Source: an uncultured Sutterella sp.
GTDB lineage: Bacteria; Pseudomonadota; Gammaproteobacteria; Burkholderiales; Burkholderiaceae_F
Reading direction: 5' to 3'
Assembly (NCBI GenBank): GCA_958347955.1
Contig: CATVXH010000007.1
Location: forward strand, 9,638 to 73,637
Length of the DNA: 64,000 bases
Below are positions 8,178 through 16,445 of the stretch, piece after piece; the first letter of the stretch is position 1, and each line of letters starts with the position of its first letter. The notes under the pieces are model-generated. The model saw only the letters and a list, made by a program, of their open reading frames with translations, did not search any database and had not been told where the DNA came from. The position numbers and the translations under genes are program-made.

Positions 8178-8594
8178 TTAGATGTTTTTTATTTCTCGTT
8201 CTAGATTAAATAATGTTTGAGTAATAAAACAAGATTTTAGTTCGCACTCCCATATGATAATTACCTTCCACCCTGACGACTCTAACGCTTGTTTAACCTT
8301 TTTATCTCTTTCGACATTTCTTAAAATTTTTTGTTCCCAATAATCTGTATTTGATTGAGGCATTCGAAATCTCTTACAGTTGTGCATGTGCCAAAAGCAA
8401 CCATGGATGAAAATCACAGTTTTGTACTTTGGCAAAACAATATCCGGTTTGCCAGGCAAGCTGGAACAATTCTTTCTGTATCTAAATCCCTTTGAAAAAA
8501 GATATTTACGCACAGTAATTTCAGGCTTTGTATCCTTAGAACGGATGTGCGACATATTTTGGCTTCGAGCAAGAGGAGTTTTATTGTCTGCCAT
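8178..8594 (-). CDS. vsr: Very-short-patch repair endonuclease
   Basis: 138 aa with RSQNMSHIRSKDTKPEITVRKYL..GKPDIVLPKYKTVIFIHGCFWH..DYWEQKILRNVERDK..IIWECEL. Starts 8 nt after the methyltransferase stop. Confidence 0.9.
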   Translation of the reverse strand: MADNKTPLARSQNMSHIRSKDTKPEITVRKYLFSKGFRYRKNCSSLPGKPDIVLPKYKTVIFIHGCFWHMHNCKRFRMPQSNTDYWEQKILRNVERDKKVKQALESSGWKVIIIWECELKSCFITQTLFNLEREIKNI

Positions 8595-8602
8595 AAAAGA
8601 CG

Positions 8603-9865
8603 TTACTTCTCACTTTCCAAAGAGTTTGCAGAAAAAACTCCGACAGTAGGTTCAACGCTAGGATATTGAGTTCTTTCTAAGGTTTTTAAAACGGCCTCCA
8701 GAATTATTTGTGCTCCGTCACAAGGAACTGCCATACCTATCTGTTTACGCACAGATTCCTTACTTCCGCAGAATACAAAATCATCTGGGAACGTCTGTAA
8801 ACGAGCCCTCTCTCGATTAGTCAGTGCTCTATTTTCAGACCAGTGGTAGACATGTGTTCCGCCGCCGCCTGAACCTGTGATTGTATAAGCGGGTTTGCTC
8901 GAATCTAAACGTCGATAAATTTGGGACAAGCGTGCACCTTTGACATTGAGTCGGAGAGCTTCGGGCATACGCTTTTCTGCCTGCCATACATTTTCCCCTT
9001 CTCGGATATAAGAAAGTCTGGCGGCCACAACCGCTGATTGTTTAGTTGTTTCCTGATTTGAAGCGTTTTCGGGAATATTCTGCAGAGCTTCTTTGCAAGT
9101 TCTGACAATGCCGCTAGGTTTCGGAACATTGAACTTCAAACCTAAATCACCGCGAATCCCAATGAGAATATATCTGTGCCTTGCCTGGGGAACTCCGTAC
9201 TCTTCGAACTTATAGAGATGGGCTGTAATCGTATATCCGAATCTGCCGGCATGGTTAAGAGCATGAAGGATTTTTTTAAAAGCTTTGCCTTCGTTAGCAC
9301 TGCTTAAGCCTGAGACATTTTCAGCAAAAAAGAATAACGGATTAGCACGGTTTATGTACTTTACTCCGTATGAATACAGTCCTCCGTATTCTCCATCCAA
9401 ACCCTTGCTTTCTCCTACATTGGAAAAGTCATTGCACGGGAAGCCATAAAGAAACCCGTCCACTGTAGGAAGTGAATCAATATCAAGTTTGCGAACATCT
9501 TCACAAATTACTTTTGCATCAGGCCACCGCTTTAAAACGTTTGTTTGATATGTTCTGCATGTATCAGAGTCATAATCAGTAGCCCAAATATGCTCAAAAG
9601 ACAAATTGGAAGTATGAGCTCGGTTGAGCGCAACACCTATTCCGCCCGGACCAGAGAACATCTCTCCAACAGTTAACTTACCATAATGCAATGTTGGTAA
9701 AGTTTGATCAACAGTCAAGAGGTCAGTATGCAGTGTGGATCGGATAAAATCCTGCAAAAGCTCGCGTGCCTTCGTGGAAGGTGCAACCTTCAATTTCTCA
9801 CAACAAGCGTTATAGTTCTTCAGCTCATCTTCAGAAAGACGAATACGGAGAGTTTCGGTACGCAT
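8603..9865 (-). CDS. DNA (cytosine-5)-methyltransferase with an N-terminal extension of about 60 aa (RHH-like)
   Basis: Motif I FSGPGG, motif IV GFPCNDFS, motif VI ENV, motifs IX-X QTFPDDF..GMAVP. The N-terminus LRIRLSEDELKNYNACCEKLKVAPSTKARELLQDFI resembles CopG/MobC ribbon-helix-helix. Confidence 0.9.
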   Translation of the reverse strand: MRTETLRIRLSEDELKNYNACCEKLKVAPSTKARELLQDFIRSTLHTDLLTVDQTLPTLHYGKLTVGEMFSGPGGIGVALNRAHTSNLSFEHIWATDYDSDTCRTYQTNVLKRWPDAKVICEDVRKLDIDSLPTVDGFLYGFPCNDFSNVGESKGLDGEYGGLYSYGVKYINRANPLFFFAENVSGLSSANEGKAFKKILHALNHAGRFGYTITAHLYKFEEYGVPQARHRYILIGIRGDLGLKFNVPKPSGIVRTCKEALQNIPENASNQETTKQSAVVAARLSYIREGENVWQAEKRMPEALRLNVKGARLSQIYRRLDSSKPAYTITGSGGGGTHVYHWSENRALTNRERARLQTFPDDFVFCGSKESVRKQIGMAVPCDGAQIILEAVLKTLERTQYPSVEPTVGVFSANSLESEK

Positions 9866-9902
9866 AATAAGTCAAAAAATGCTGCTACAAATAAAGCAAC
9901 GT

Positions 9903-11546
9903 TTATTGTACCGAAGTTTCAAACTGTTTGACCGAAGTATAGAAACAACCTAAAGAAAATTTTTGAATAATTGTCTTTAAATCAGGTTTGGGTTTCAAAG
10001 TAATTAGATCTAGCAAAGCGCCTACAGTAATAGCACTTACCGGCTTGCCAAGATTTTGCTGGCACAGTGATAAATGCTTTTTAACCAAATTCTCATTCTC
10101 AAAACCACCTGCCACATAAATGAAGAAGTCTGATGGACAATGTGTATCTAGTTCCAATTCGCACGAATTGTAATAGGTAGCTAATTTTTGGGTATCTCCA
10201 ATGGGAAACTTGTATCGGTTTGTTGCTTTCGAATCCCCCATTGCACAATGGTCCCAAGAACTTGCTCTAATATAAATGTCTGGATAGCCACCACGGCGAG
10301 TCTGCGGTCTCTTGGATCCGATCCATTCAGATTGATCAAAACCCAGCTGCTTAAAAATTTCTGTGACAGCTTTTTCTAATAAAGTTGCCTGTACACCTCC
10401 GGAAAACGCAGCATCTAAAACAACTTGCCTTTCGATACTATTTCGTCTTTGAAGCAAGGGAGAAATAATTTTGTGAATTCTATTAACTCCCAACCCATAG
10501 CCTATCTTCATCTCTTGCACGAACTCATTAACATTGACACCATAGGGGTTATCTGCCAAACGAGCTGCAAAAAGCGTACTAACTAATACATCCAATCCAT
10601 CATTTTTAGAAGAGTTTTTCCTTGCCCACGGTCTGACAGCTTTTTGGCTATCGTATCGTCCGTATCTAAGCTGAAAATTCTCAGGATTATTGTGATCATA
10701 AACTTGAATAGGCTCACTTCCTATTATCTTCAAAATATTCAGAGCTTCTTGATCAGAAGTGAGAAAATATCGCGTATCGTCACCTGAGTCATCAGCAACA
10801 AGCATATTACCGGCCTGAAGGTAGTTCTTAGCTGTGTTTGAAATATCTAAAGCGTCCTTCAAGCCTGCCTTGAAATCTCGATTCTTTGCTTTGACTGTAT
10901 AGAAATCTTTTTTATCGAGAATCACTTTACTGAAATCATATTTCTCGTCTCGAAGTTTAAGTATGAGTTCGACGCATTTGTCATAGCAATCATCTGAATG
11001 ACCATAAAGAACAGGGATCACTATATCCTTGGAAGACATTCCTCCAATTTTGGGATCATTTAGTAGCTTGCAGAGAAAAACAAAGGGTTTTACATTGATT
11101 CTGGGATCAATTTTTAAGTTTTGTGAGTATGAGTACGGGCTTGGATATTGTAGGCGGAATAATTGATAGCGGAATACCTCCATTGGCGAACGATGATTCA
11201 TCATTTCAAAGCCCGCTTTAGTAGGTTCGTATAGACCAGTTTGAGGATCAGACACTACAAGTCCCAACATCTCTAATTGGGCAAAGTACGTCCGCATTCC
11301 TCCGGAATTTCCACATTGAATGTTATTTCGTGGTCGTTTGATCTTAAGCTTTTCAAGTTCTGTATAAAGTCCATCCTGAACAATCTGCGATCCAGTATCG
11401 GACTGGCAGGCTAGCAGTAAATTAAGAATTTGATCTAATTTCCAAGGTTCTATTCTCCTTATATTCCTTGGAAACATCCAGGTTCTGCGATACATTGGGT
11501 CAAAACTCAAGATTGGCACAGTCCATCCCCTCCTGCAAACCAACAT
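9903..11546 (-). CDS. AlwI-family (Type IIS / nicking-type) restriction endonuclease candidate; start uncertain (11546, 11519, 11495 or 11477)
   Basis: Segments FPRNIRRIEP, GGMRTYFAQLEMLGLV, VFRYQLFRLQYPSPY, VKPFVFLCKLLND..GGMSSKDI and C-terminal GYPDIYI..GDSKATNRYKF parallel N.BstNBI/AlwI as I recall them. No search was run. Confidence 0.55.
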   Translation of the reverse strand: MLVCRRGWTVPILSFDPMYRRTWMFPRNIRRIEPWKLDQILNLLLACQSDTGSQIVQDGLYTELEKLKIKRPRNNIQCGNSGGMRTYFAQLEMLGLVVSDPQTGLYEPTKAGFEMMNHRSPMEVFRYQLFRLQYPSPYSYSQNLKIDPRINVKPFVFLCKLLNDPKIGGMSSKDIVIPVLYGHSDDCYDKCVELILKLRDEKYDFSKVILDKKDFYTVKAKNRDFKAGLKDALDISNTAKNYLQAGNMLVADDSGDDTRYFLTSDQEALNILKIIGSEPIQVYDHNNPENFQLRYGRYDSQKAVRPWARKNSSKNDGLDVLVSTLFAARLADNPYGVNVNEFVQEMKIGYGLGVNRIHKIISPLLQRRNSIERQVVLDAAFSGGVQATLLEKAVTEIFKQLGFDQSEWIGSKRPQTRRGGYPDIYIRASSWDHCAMGDSKATNRYKFPIGDTQKLATYYNSCELELDTHCPSDFFIYVAGGFENENLVKKHLSLCQQNLGKPVSAITVGALLDLITLKPKPDLKTIIQKFSLGCFYTSVKQFETSVQ

Positions 11547-11794
11547 TCTAATTGTAGTCGATAGGTTTTAAATTTTTAGGAAATATTCAAAAAAATCAAA
11601 AGGAAAGGGTTAGGTTCGGAATTGTTTGACTTTTAATAGACCTGAAAAAGTAAGAATAATTGTTTTTGGATTTACGATAGTTTTTATTCAATTATTAGAT
11701 TGTTAATTTCAATTGTTACAAATTTTTTAGATACTAAAGCAAAACACCTAACTCATTGATAGTGTTGATTTTTCAAAAAAGACAAAATCTCCAA

Positions 11795-11810
11795 AAACTA
11801 TATCTGGTGT
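11795..11810 (+). promoter_or_regulatory. Candidate NrdR box upstream of nrdD
   Basis: AAACTATATCTGGTGT matches 13 of 16 positions of the recalled NrdR consensus acaCwAtATaTwgtgt. A weaker half-site CCACTAT lies at 11847. Confidence 0.3.
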
Positions 11811-11941
11811 CAAGCAATTTTTCTGCTCCTAAATTTTGTAGTTTCCCCACTATGAATTTCAATTTCTTGTGTTTAAAATGACACGCTCGTTGATCAAATT
11901 TTTTACTCTCGGCGTTGTGCCGGTGACCCCAAGGATGTGCC

Positions 11942-14104
11942 ATGAAAGTTGTAAAGAAAGACCAGTCGCTTGAAGATTTCAAACCGGAGAAGATCTCCGT
12001 TGCTGTGAATAAGGCAGCCATGCGCTGCGACAAGATTGTTGATGAAGCTTCTTGTCAGAAGATTGTCGATGCCATTTTGCGCCGTATTCAAACGCGCGAC
12101 CAGGTCACTGTGGCTGAATTGCACGAATTGGTGATTGCCGTTTTGTCCGTTACGGGCTTTGAAGACGTCGCCAAGTCTTACGCCGAATACCGCTACTACA
12201 AGACCAACTACGCCAAGACCTTTGAAAAGTTGCGTCAGGATGCGGACGACGTTTTGCGCTTGGGTGACCGTGAAAACGCCAATTTTGACAGCTCTCTGGT
12301 TTCCACGAAGGGGTCTTTGATCAAAGGCTATCTCACCAAGAGTCTTTACAAGCAGTTCTATCTGTCCGCTAAGGAAAAAGAACTTATTGAACGCGGCGAC
12401 ATCTATATCCACGACCTTCGCGACATGATTTTGGGTTGCGTCAACTGCTGTCTTTTTGACATCAAGCACGTCCTTGAAGGCGGCTTTGAAATGTCTAACG
12501 TTCAATACACGGAACCGAAGACGGTGCTCTCGGCCCTTCAGGTGATCGGCGATATTACGCTTGTGGCTACGGCACAGCAATTCGGCGGCTTCACATTGGC
12601 TGAATTGGATAAGGTACTCCTGCCCTACGCTCACAAGACCTGGAATAAAGCCTTCGGTGATGCGAAAAATGAATTGGGTTTGAACGAAGACGTAGCCCGT
12701 AAGTACGCCGACAAGATTTTGCTTCGTGAGTTGGAGCAAGGCTTCCAGTCCCTCGAATTGAAGTTGAACACGGTGCCTTGCAGCCGCGGCGACTTTGCTT
12801 TCACCACGATTTCTTTCGGTCAATGGGATATCTCTTTGCCCGAGGATGACAAGCGCCTCTTGTGCCTGATCAATTCCGTCATGCTGCGTGTGCGCAGAAA
12901 CGGCCATGGCCCCGATCACAAGCCCGTGGTGTTCCCGAAGTTGGTTTATCTCTACGATAAGAACCAAGTTCACGGTGATTTGCACAGCGCGCAGCTTTTC
13001 GATGAAGCCGTCAAGACATCCTCGACCTGCATGTACCCGGACTACCTCAGCATTTCGAGCGAGTACGGCACGGTCTCGCGCCTTTTCAAAGAAGAAGGCG
13101 TCATCACGAGCCCCATGGGTTGCCGCGCTTACTTGTCTCCGTGGAAAGACCCGGAAACCGGCAAGTATGTGACAATCGGCCGCTGCAACATCGGCGCGGT
13201 GAGTTTGAACATCCCCTTGATGATCAAGGTGGCTATGACAGAACACCCGCTCGATTGGCGTGAAAAGTTCTGGGATTTGTTGGACGACCGTCTGCAGGTG
13301 ATTCGCGACTTCTTAAAGAAGCGCTACGATGTGATTCGCAACCAACGTTGCTCTTCCAACCCCTTGGCTTTTACGCAAGGCGGTTTCTACAAGGGCACGA
13401 AGGACCCTGATGACCGCGTGGGTGATTTGGTTGAGTACATGACCGCGAGTTTCGGCATCACCGCTTTGGATGACGCGACCTATCTCTGGACCGGCAAGCG
13501 CATGATTGAAGACAATTCTGCTTTTGCTGTTCAGGTGTTGCGTTATCTGCAGCAAAAACTCAATCAATTTAAGGCTGAAGACCATTATCTTTACGCCATT
13601 TACGGCACGCCCGCTGAAAGCCTTTGCGCAACGCAGGCCCGCCAGTACGATGACTATTGCAAGGAAATGGGTTTGGTGAATGAATTCGCCACGGCTGAGC
13701 ATTACAGCACGGAATACTTCACCAATTCGTTCCACCTGAATGTGACCGAAGATATCACACCGTTTGAAAAACAGGATCATGAGTTCAAGTGCTTCCACTT
13801 GTGCGAAGGCGGTCACATCCAGTACGTGCGCCTGACCAATCCGGAAAACTACGAAGCCGATAAGGCCATTATCGAGCGCGGTATGGAAATGGGCTTTTAC
13901 CAGGGCGTTAACTTTGACGCGGCCTACTGCAACAATTGCGGTAAACACTCGACAAACGTCATGTTCAAGTGCCCGCACTGCGGCAGCGACAACCTTTCGG
14001 TGATCAGCCGTGTCTGCGGTTACCTGGGTTACAGCAACGTGAACGGTCAGTCCCGTATGAATGACGGCAAGATGGCTGAAATCAAACGCCGTGTGTCGAT
14101 GTAA
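11942..14104 (+). CDS. nrdD: Anaerobic ribonucleoside-triphosphate reductase
   Basis: 720 aa with an N-terminal ATP-cone, a C-terminal Zn ribbon CNNCG..CPHCG, and the glycyl-radical tail RVCGYLGY..SRMNDGKMAEIKRRV. Confidence 0.95.
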   Translation: MKVVKKDQSLEDFKPEKISVAVNKAAMRCDKIVDEASCQKIVDAILRRIQTRDQVTVAELHELVIAVLSVTGFEDVAKSYAEYRYYKTNYAKTFEKLRQDADDVLRLGDRENANFDSSLVSTKGSLIKGYLTKSLYKQFYLSAKEKELIERGDIYIHDLRDMILGCVNCCLFDIKHVLEGGFEMSNVQYTEPKTVLSALQVIGDITLVATAQQFGGFTLAELDKVLLPYAHKTWNKAFGDAKNELGLNEDVARKYADKILLRELEQGFQSLELKLNTVPCSRGDFAFTTISFGQWDISLPEDDKRLLCLINSVMLRVRRNGHGPDHKPVVFPKLVYLYDKNQVHGDLHSAQLFDEAVKTSSTCMYPDYLSISSEYGTVSRLFKEEGVITSPMGCRAYLSPWKDPETGKYVTIGRCNIGAVSLNIPLMIKVAMTEHPLDWREKFWDLLDDRLQVIRDFLKKRYDVIRNQRCSSNPLAFTQGGFYKGTKDPDDRVGDLVEYMTASFGITALDDATYLWTGKRMIEDNSAFAVQVLRYLQQKLNQFKAEDHYLYAIYGTPAESLCATQARQYDDYCKEMGLVNEFATAEHYSTEYFTNSFHLNVTEDITPFEKQDHEFKCFHLCEGGHIQYVRLTNPENYEADKAIIERGMEMGFYQGVNFDAAYCNNCGKHSTNVMFKCPHCGSDNLSVISRVCGYLGYSNVNGQSRMNDGKMAEIKRRVSM

Positions 14105-14115
14105 GAGGTGCGCTG

Positions 14116-14580
14116 ATGAAGTATGCTCAACTGCGTGAATTCGATACCACAAACGGTCCCGGAGTGCGCGTTTCGCTCTTCGTTTCGGGGTGCACCCTGC
14201 ACTGCAAGGGTTGCTTTAACCCCGAGTCGTGGGACTTTAACGCGGGTGAAGAGTTCACGGACAAAACGGTTGAGAGGATCATTGATCTTTTGCATAAACC
14301 TTACATGTCGGGTTTAAGCGTGTTGGGCGGCGATCCTTTTGAAGAGCAAAATATCGGTCCTGTGACTGAGCTTTGTAAACGGGTGAGAGCCGCTTGCCCT
14401 GACAAAACCATTTGGGTTTGGACCGGTCGAAAATACGAGAATTTCAAAGACCGCGAGATCATGAACTACATTGATACGCTGGTTGACGGTCCTTTTGTTG
14501 AAAAACTCAAAGTAAAAGAGCAGGGAAAATACTTCGGTAGCACCAATCAGCGGGTTATTCCGATCCGTCTCGAATCCTAA
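14116..14580 (+). CDS. nrdG: Anaerobic RNR activating protein (radical SAM)
   Basis: 154 aa with NGPGVRVSLFVSGCTLHCKGCFN (CxxxCxxC), starting 11 nt after nrdD. Confidence 0.9.
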   Translation: MKYAQLREFDTTNGPGVRVSLFVSGCTLHCKGCFNPESWDFNAGEEFTDKTVERIIDLLHKPYMSGLSVLGGDPFEEQNIGPVTELCKRVRAACPDKTIWVWTGRKYENFKDREIMNYIDTLVDGPFVEKLKVKEQGKYFGSTNQRVIPIRLES

Positions 14581-14604
14581 CAAATTGTTCGACGACAATA
14601 TGAA

Positions 14605-14641
14605 ACGGTCCCCAATTTCGAAATAAAGAATTGGGGACCGT
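14605..14641. terminator. Bidirectional terminator hairpin between nrdG and the hemolysin-III gene
   Basis: ACGGTCCCCAATT..AATTGGGGACCGT, a 13-bp perfect stem with 11-nt loop. Confidence 0.75.
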
Positions 14642-14662
14642 TCTTATCTGCCGTACGGCGTA

Positions 14663-15346
14663 TCAGTTAAATACCGGTATCACATACAAAAGCACCGCCA
14701 AAAACTGCAATAACGTGCCGGCAAAAACAAAAACGTGCCAAATGGCGTGACTGTAAGGCAGACTTTTCCAGATATAAAAAATCACGCCAAGGCTGTAGGC
14801 GAGGCCGCCGCCCGTTAAGAGCCAAAGACCGCCTTGAGGCAGATTTTCAATCAGAGGCTCAATCACCAAAATAACGAGCCAGCCCATGGCAAGGTACAAG
14901 AGAGAATTGAGCCACTTGCTTTTTTGAATCAGAAGTCCCTGAAGCGCAATGCCTGCGACAGCGATCGCCCAAACGGCAATGCAGAGCGCAATCCCCGTAA
15001 CGCCCTTGAGCGTCACTAGACAAAAAGGCGTATAAGAACCCGCGATGAGCACAAAGATCATCGAGTGATCAAGGCGCTGGAGAATCCGTTTGGCCTCAGG
15101 GTTGGGAATGGCGTGGTACAAGGTTGAGGCGACATACAGAAACACCATGCTGGCACCAAACACACTGACCGCGGTAATAACCGTGGGAGATCCTGAATAG
15201 GCCACCGCGAATCCGACAAGAATGGCCAGCCCTGCCACACTCATTAAAGCCGCCACGCCATGCGTGACGGCATTGGCGATTTCCTCGCCGATTGAATATC
15301 CGGAAGTCTGCCCGGCGGGATTTTTATGAGTTAAAACGTGACTCAT
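14663..15346 (-). CDS. Hemolysin-III / PAQR-family membrane protein (YqfA-like)
   Basis: Seven hydrophobic helices with YSIGEEIANAVTHG, HAIPN and SHAIWHVFV motifs. GAGGAGG lies 7 nt before ATG 15346, so the longer tracked ORF is rejected. Confidence 0.85.
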   Translation of the reverse strand: MSHVLTHKNPAGQTSGYSIGEEIANAVTHGVAALMSVAGLAILVGFAVAYSGSPTVITAVSVFGASMVFLYVASTLYHAIPNPEAKRILQRLDHSMIFVLIAGSYTPFCLVTLKGVTGIALCIAVWAIAVAGIALQGLLIQKSKWLNSLLYLAMGWLVILVIEPLIENLPQGGLWLLTGGGLAYSLGVIFYIWKSLPYSHAIWHVFVFAGTLLQFLAVLLYVIPVFN

Positions 15347-15447
15347 CCGTTTGTCCTCCTCTATTTGCGATTGTAGGGCTGACTGTCCGCTGAAAAACAT
15401 GTCTAAAATCGTGACTTTGTTTCAACTCGTTTCAACTTAAATCAGAT

Positions 15448-16017
15448 ATGACAAAAGCGTTATTGCCATTTGTTCTCGTTGCCGCTTCCCTCCCCGCTTT
15501 CGCCGCTCTGAACATCAGCGGAATTGATTACAGCGACACTATCGAAAAAGAAAACACCACGCTTAAACTCAACGGCGCAGGATTGCGTGAAATTTTCTTT
15601 GTGGATGTCTACGCGGCGGGACTTTACCTGCCGAAGACCACATCCGATGCCGCCTCAGTCATTAGCATGACCGGCAACAAGTGTGTTCGTCTGGGCCTTT
15701 TAAGAGATGTGGATGCCGCTGACTTTGTGGATGCCTTAAAAGAAGGCATTAACGACAACACGACTCCGGAAGAAAGAAAATCGTTAGATACGGAACTGCA
15801 GTCTCTTATCGCTGTCATGGATTTAATCGGCGATGTAAAAAAGGGCGACATTGTTGATTTCGACTTTACAAAATCACGCGGCACAAGCGTCAGCGTAAAC
15901 GGAAAACTCATCGGCGAAAAGATCGGCGGTGAAAAGCTCTATGAGGCGGTATTGAAAATTTGGCTTGGTTCTAAAGCCATTGATGATGAATTGAAAGCGT
16001 CTCTATTAAAAAAATAA
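15448..16017 (+). CDS. Secreted chalcone-isomerase-like family protein
   Basis: Signal peptide MTKALLPFVLVAASLPAFA. LKLNGAGLREIFFVDVYAAGLYLP is typical of the bacterial chalcone isomerase-like fold family (recalled). Confidence 0.55.
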   Translation: MTKALLPFVLVAASLPAFAALNISGIDYSDTIEKENTTLKLNGAGLREIFFVDVYAAGLYLPKTTSDAASVISMTGNKCVRLGLLRDVDAADFVDALKEGINDNTTPEERKSLDTELQSLIAVMDLIGDVKKGDIVDFDFTKSRGTSVSVNGKLIGEKIGGEKLYEAVLKIWLGSKAIDDELKASLLKK

Positions 16018-16038
16018 CATGGCTGACAATTTAAATAG

Positions 16039-16077
16039 AACCGGACTGAAGCCGACAAAAACTCGGTCAGTCCGGTT
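16039..16077 (+). terminator. Terminator hairpin
   Basis: AACCGGACTGA..TCAGTCCGGTT, an 11-bp stem followed by TTA. Confidence 0.55.
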
Positions 16078-16445
16078 TTAAATTAAGTGCTTAAATAATC
16101 CGTTTGTTTTCAGAGCCTTTCAATTTAAGTCGGTGAACGTGACCGAGAATACAAAAACAATTTCGATTAATCATTCCCAGATAACATCCTGTGGAAAAAG
16201 ATACTTTTTCTGAACAGCACATAGGATATGGGAAAGTCAGGCCTGAGCGCTCAAAGCCCGCGCGAGCCATTGTAAGCGCCGCTTATATTGCCGCCGAAAT
16301 CAAAGAAACGGGATTTTATGCGGTTTTGTCAGGGATTTTCCTGTAGGCAGAAAGTTTAAAGTAGAGGATACTTAGCACCCGGAGAAAACCGTCGTTAAGA
16401 GCGGTAATCTCTTGTGCTTTTTAACCCTTTACAAGGAATTTTCCC

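Larger units (their letters stand above)
6953..11546 (-). other. Low-GC horizontally acquired restriction/modification-type island (five co-directional genes)
   Basis: Hand counts of 60-nt lines: 21-23 G+C (35-38%) at 7741, 8221, 9301 and 10441, versus 31 and 34 (52-57%) at 5401 and 12541. Gene gaps are 37, 8 and 29 nt, plus a 4-nt overlap. Confidence 0.7.

Noticed and set aside
11903-13246. 447-aa ORF on the minus strand
   Set aside because: It is entirely antisense to nrdD, whose identity is unambiguous (ATP-cone, Zn ribbon, glycyl-radical tail). The product is Arg/Val/His/Gly-rich with no motifs, which is typical of a shadow ORF in a GC-rich gene.
13313-14152. 279-aa ORF on the minus strand
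   Set aside because: Antisense to the 3' half of nrdD; a shadow ORF.
16081-16445. Possible gene relic or small ORFs in the 365-nt gap upstream of dcuC
   Set aside because: Translations in all frames give only short stop-interrupted peptides with no recognisable family. No structure or repeat was noted.
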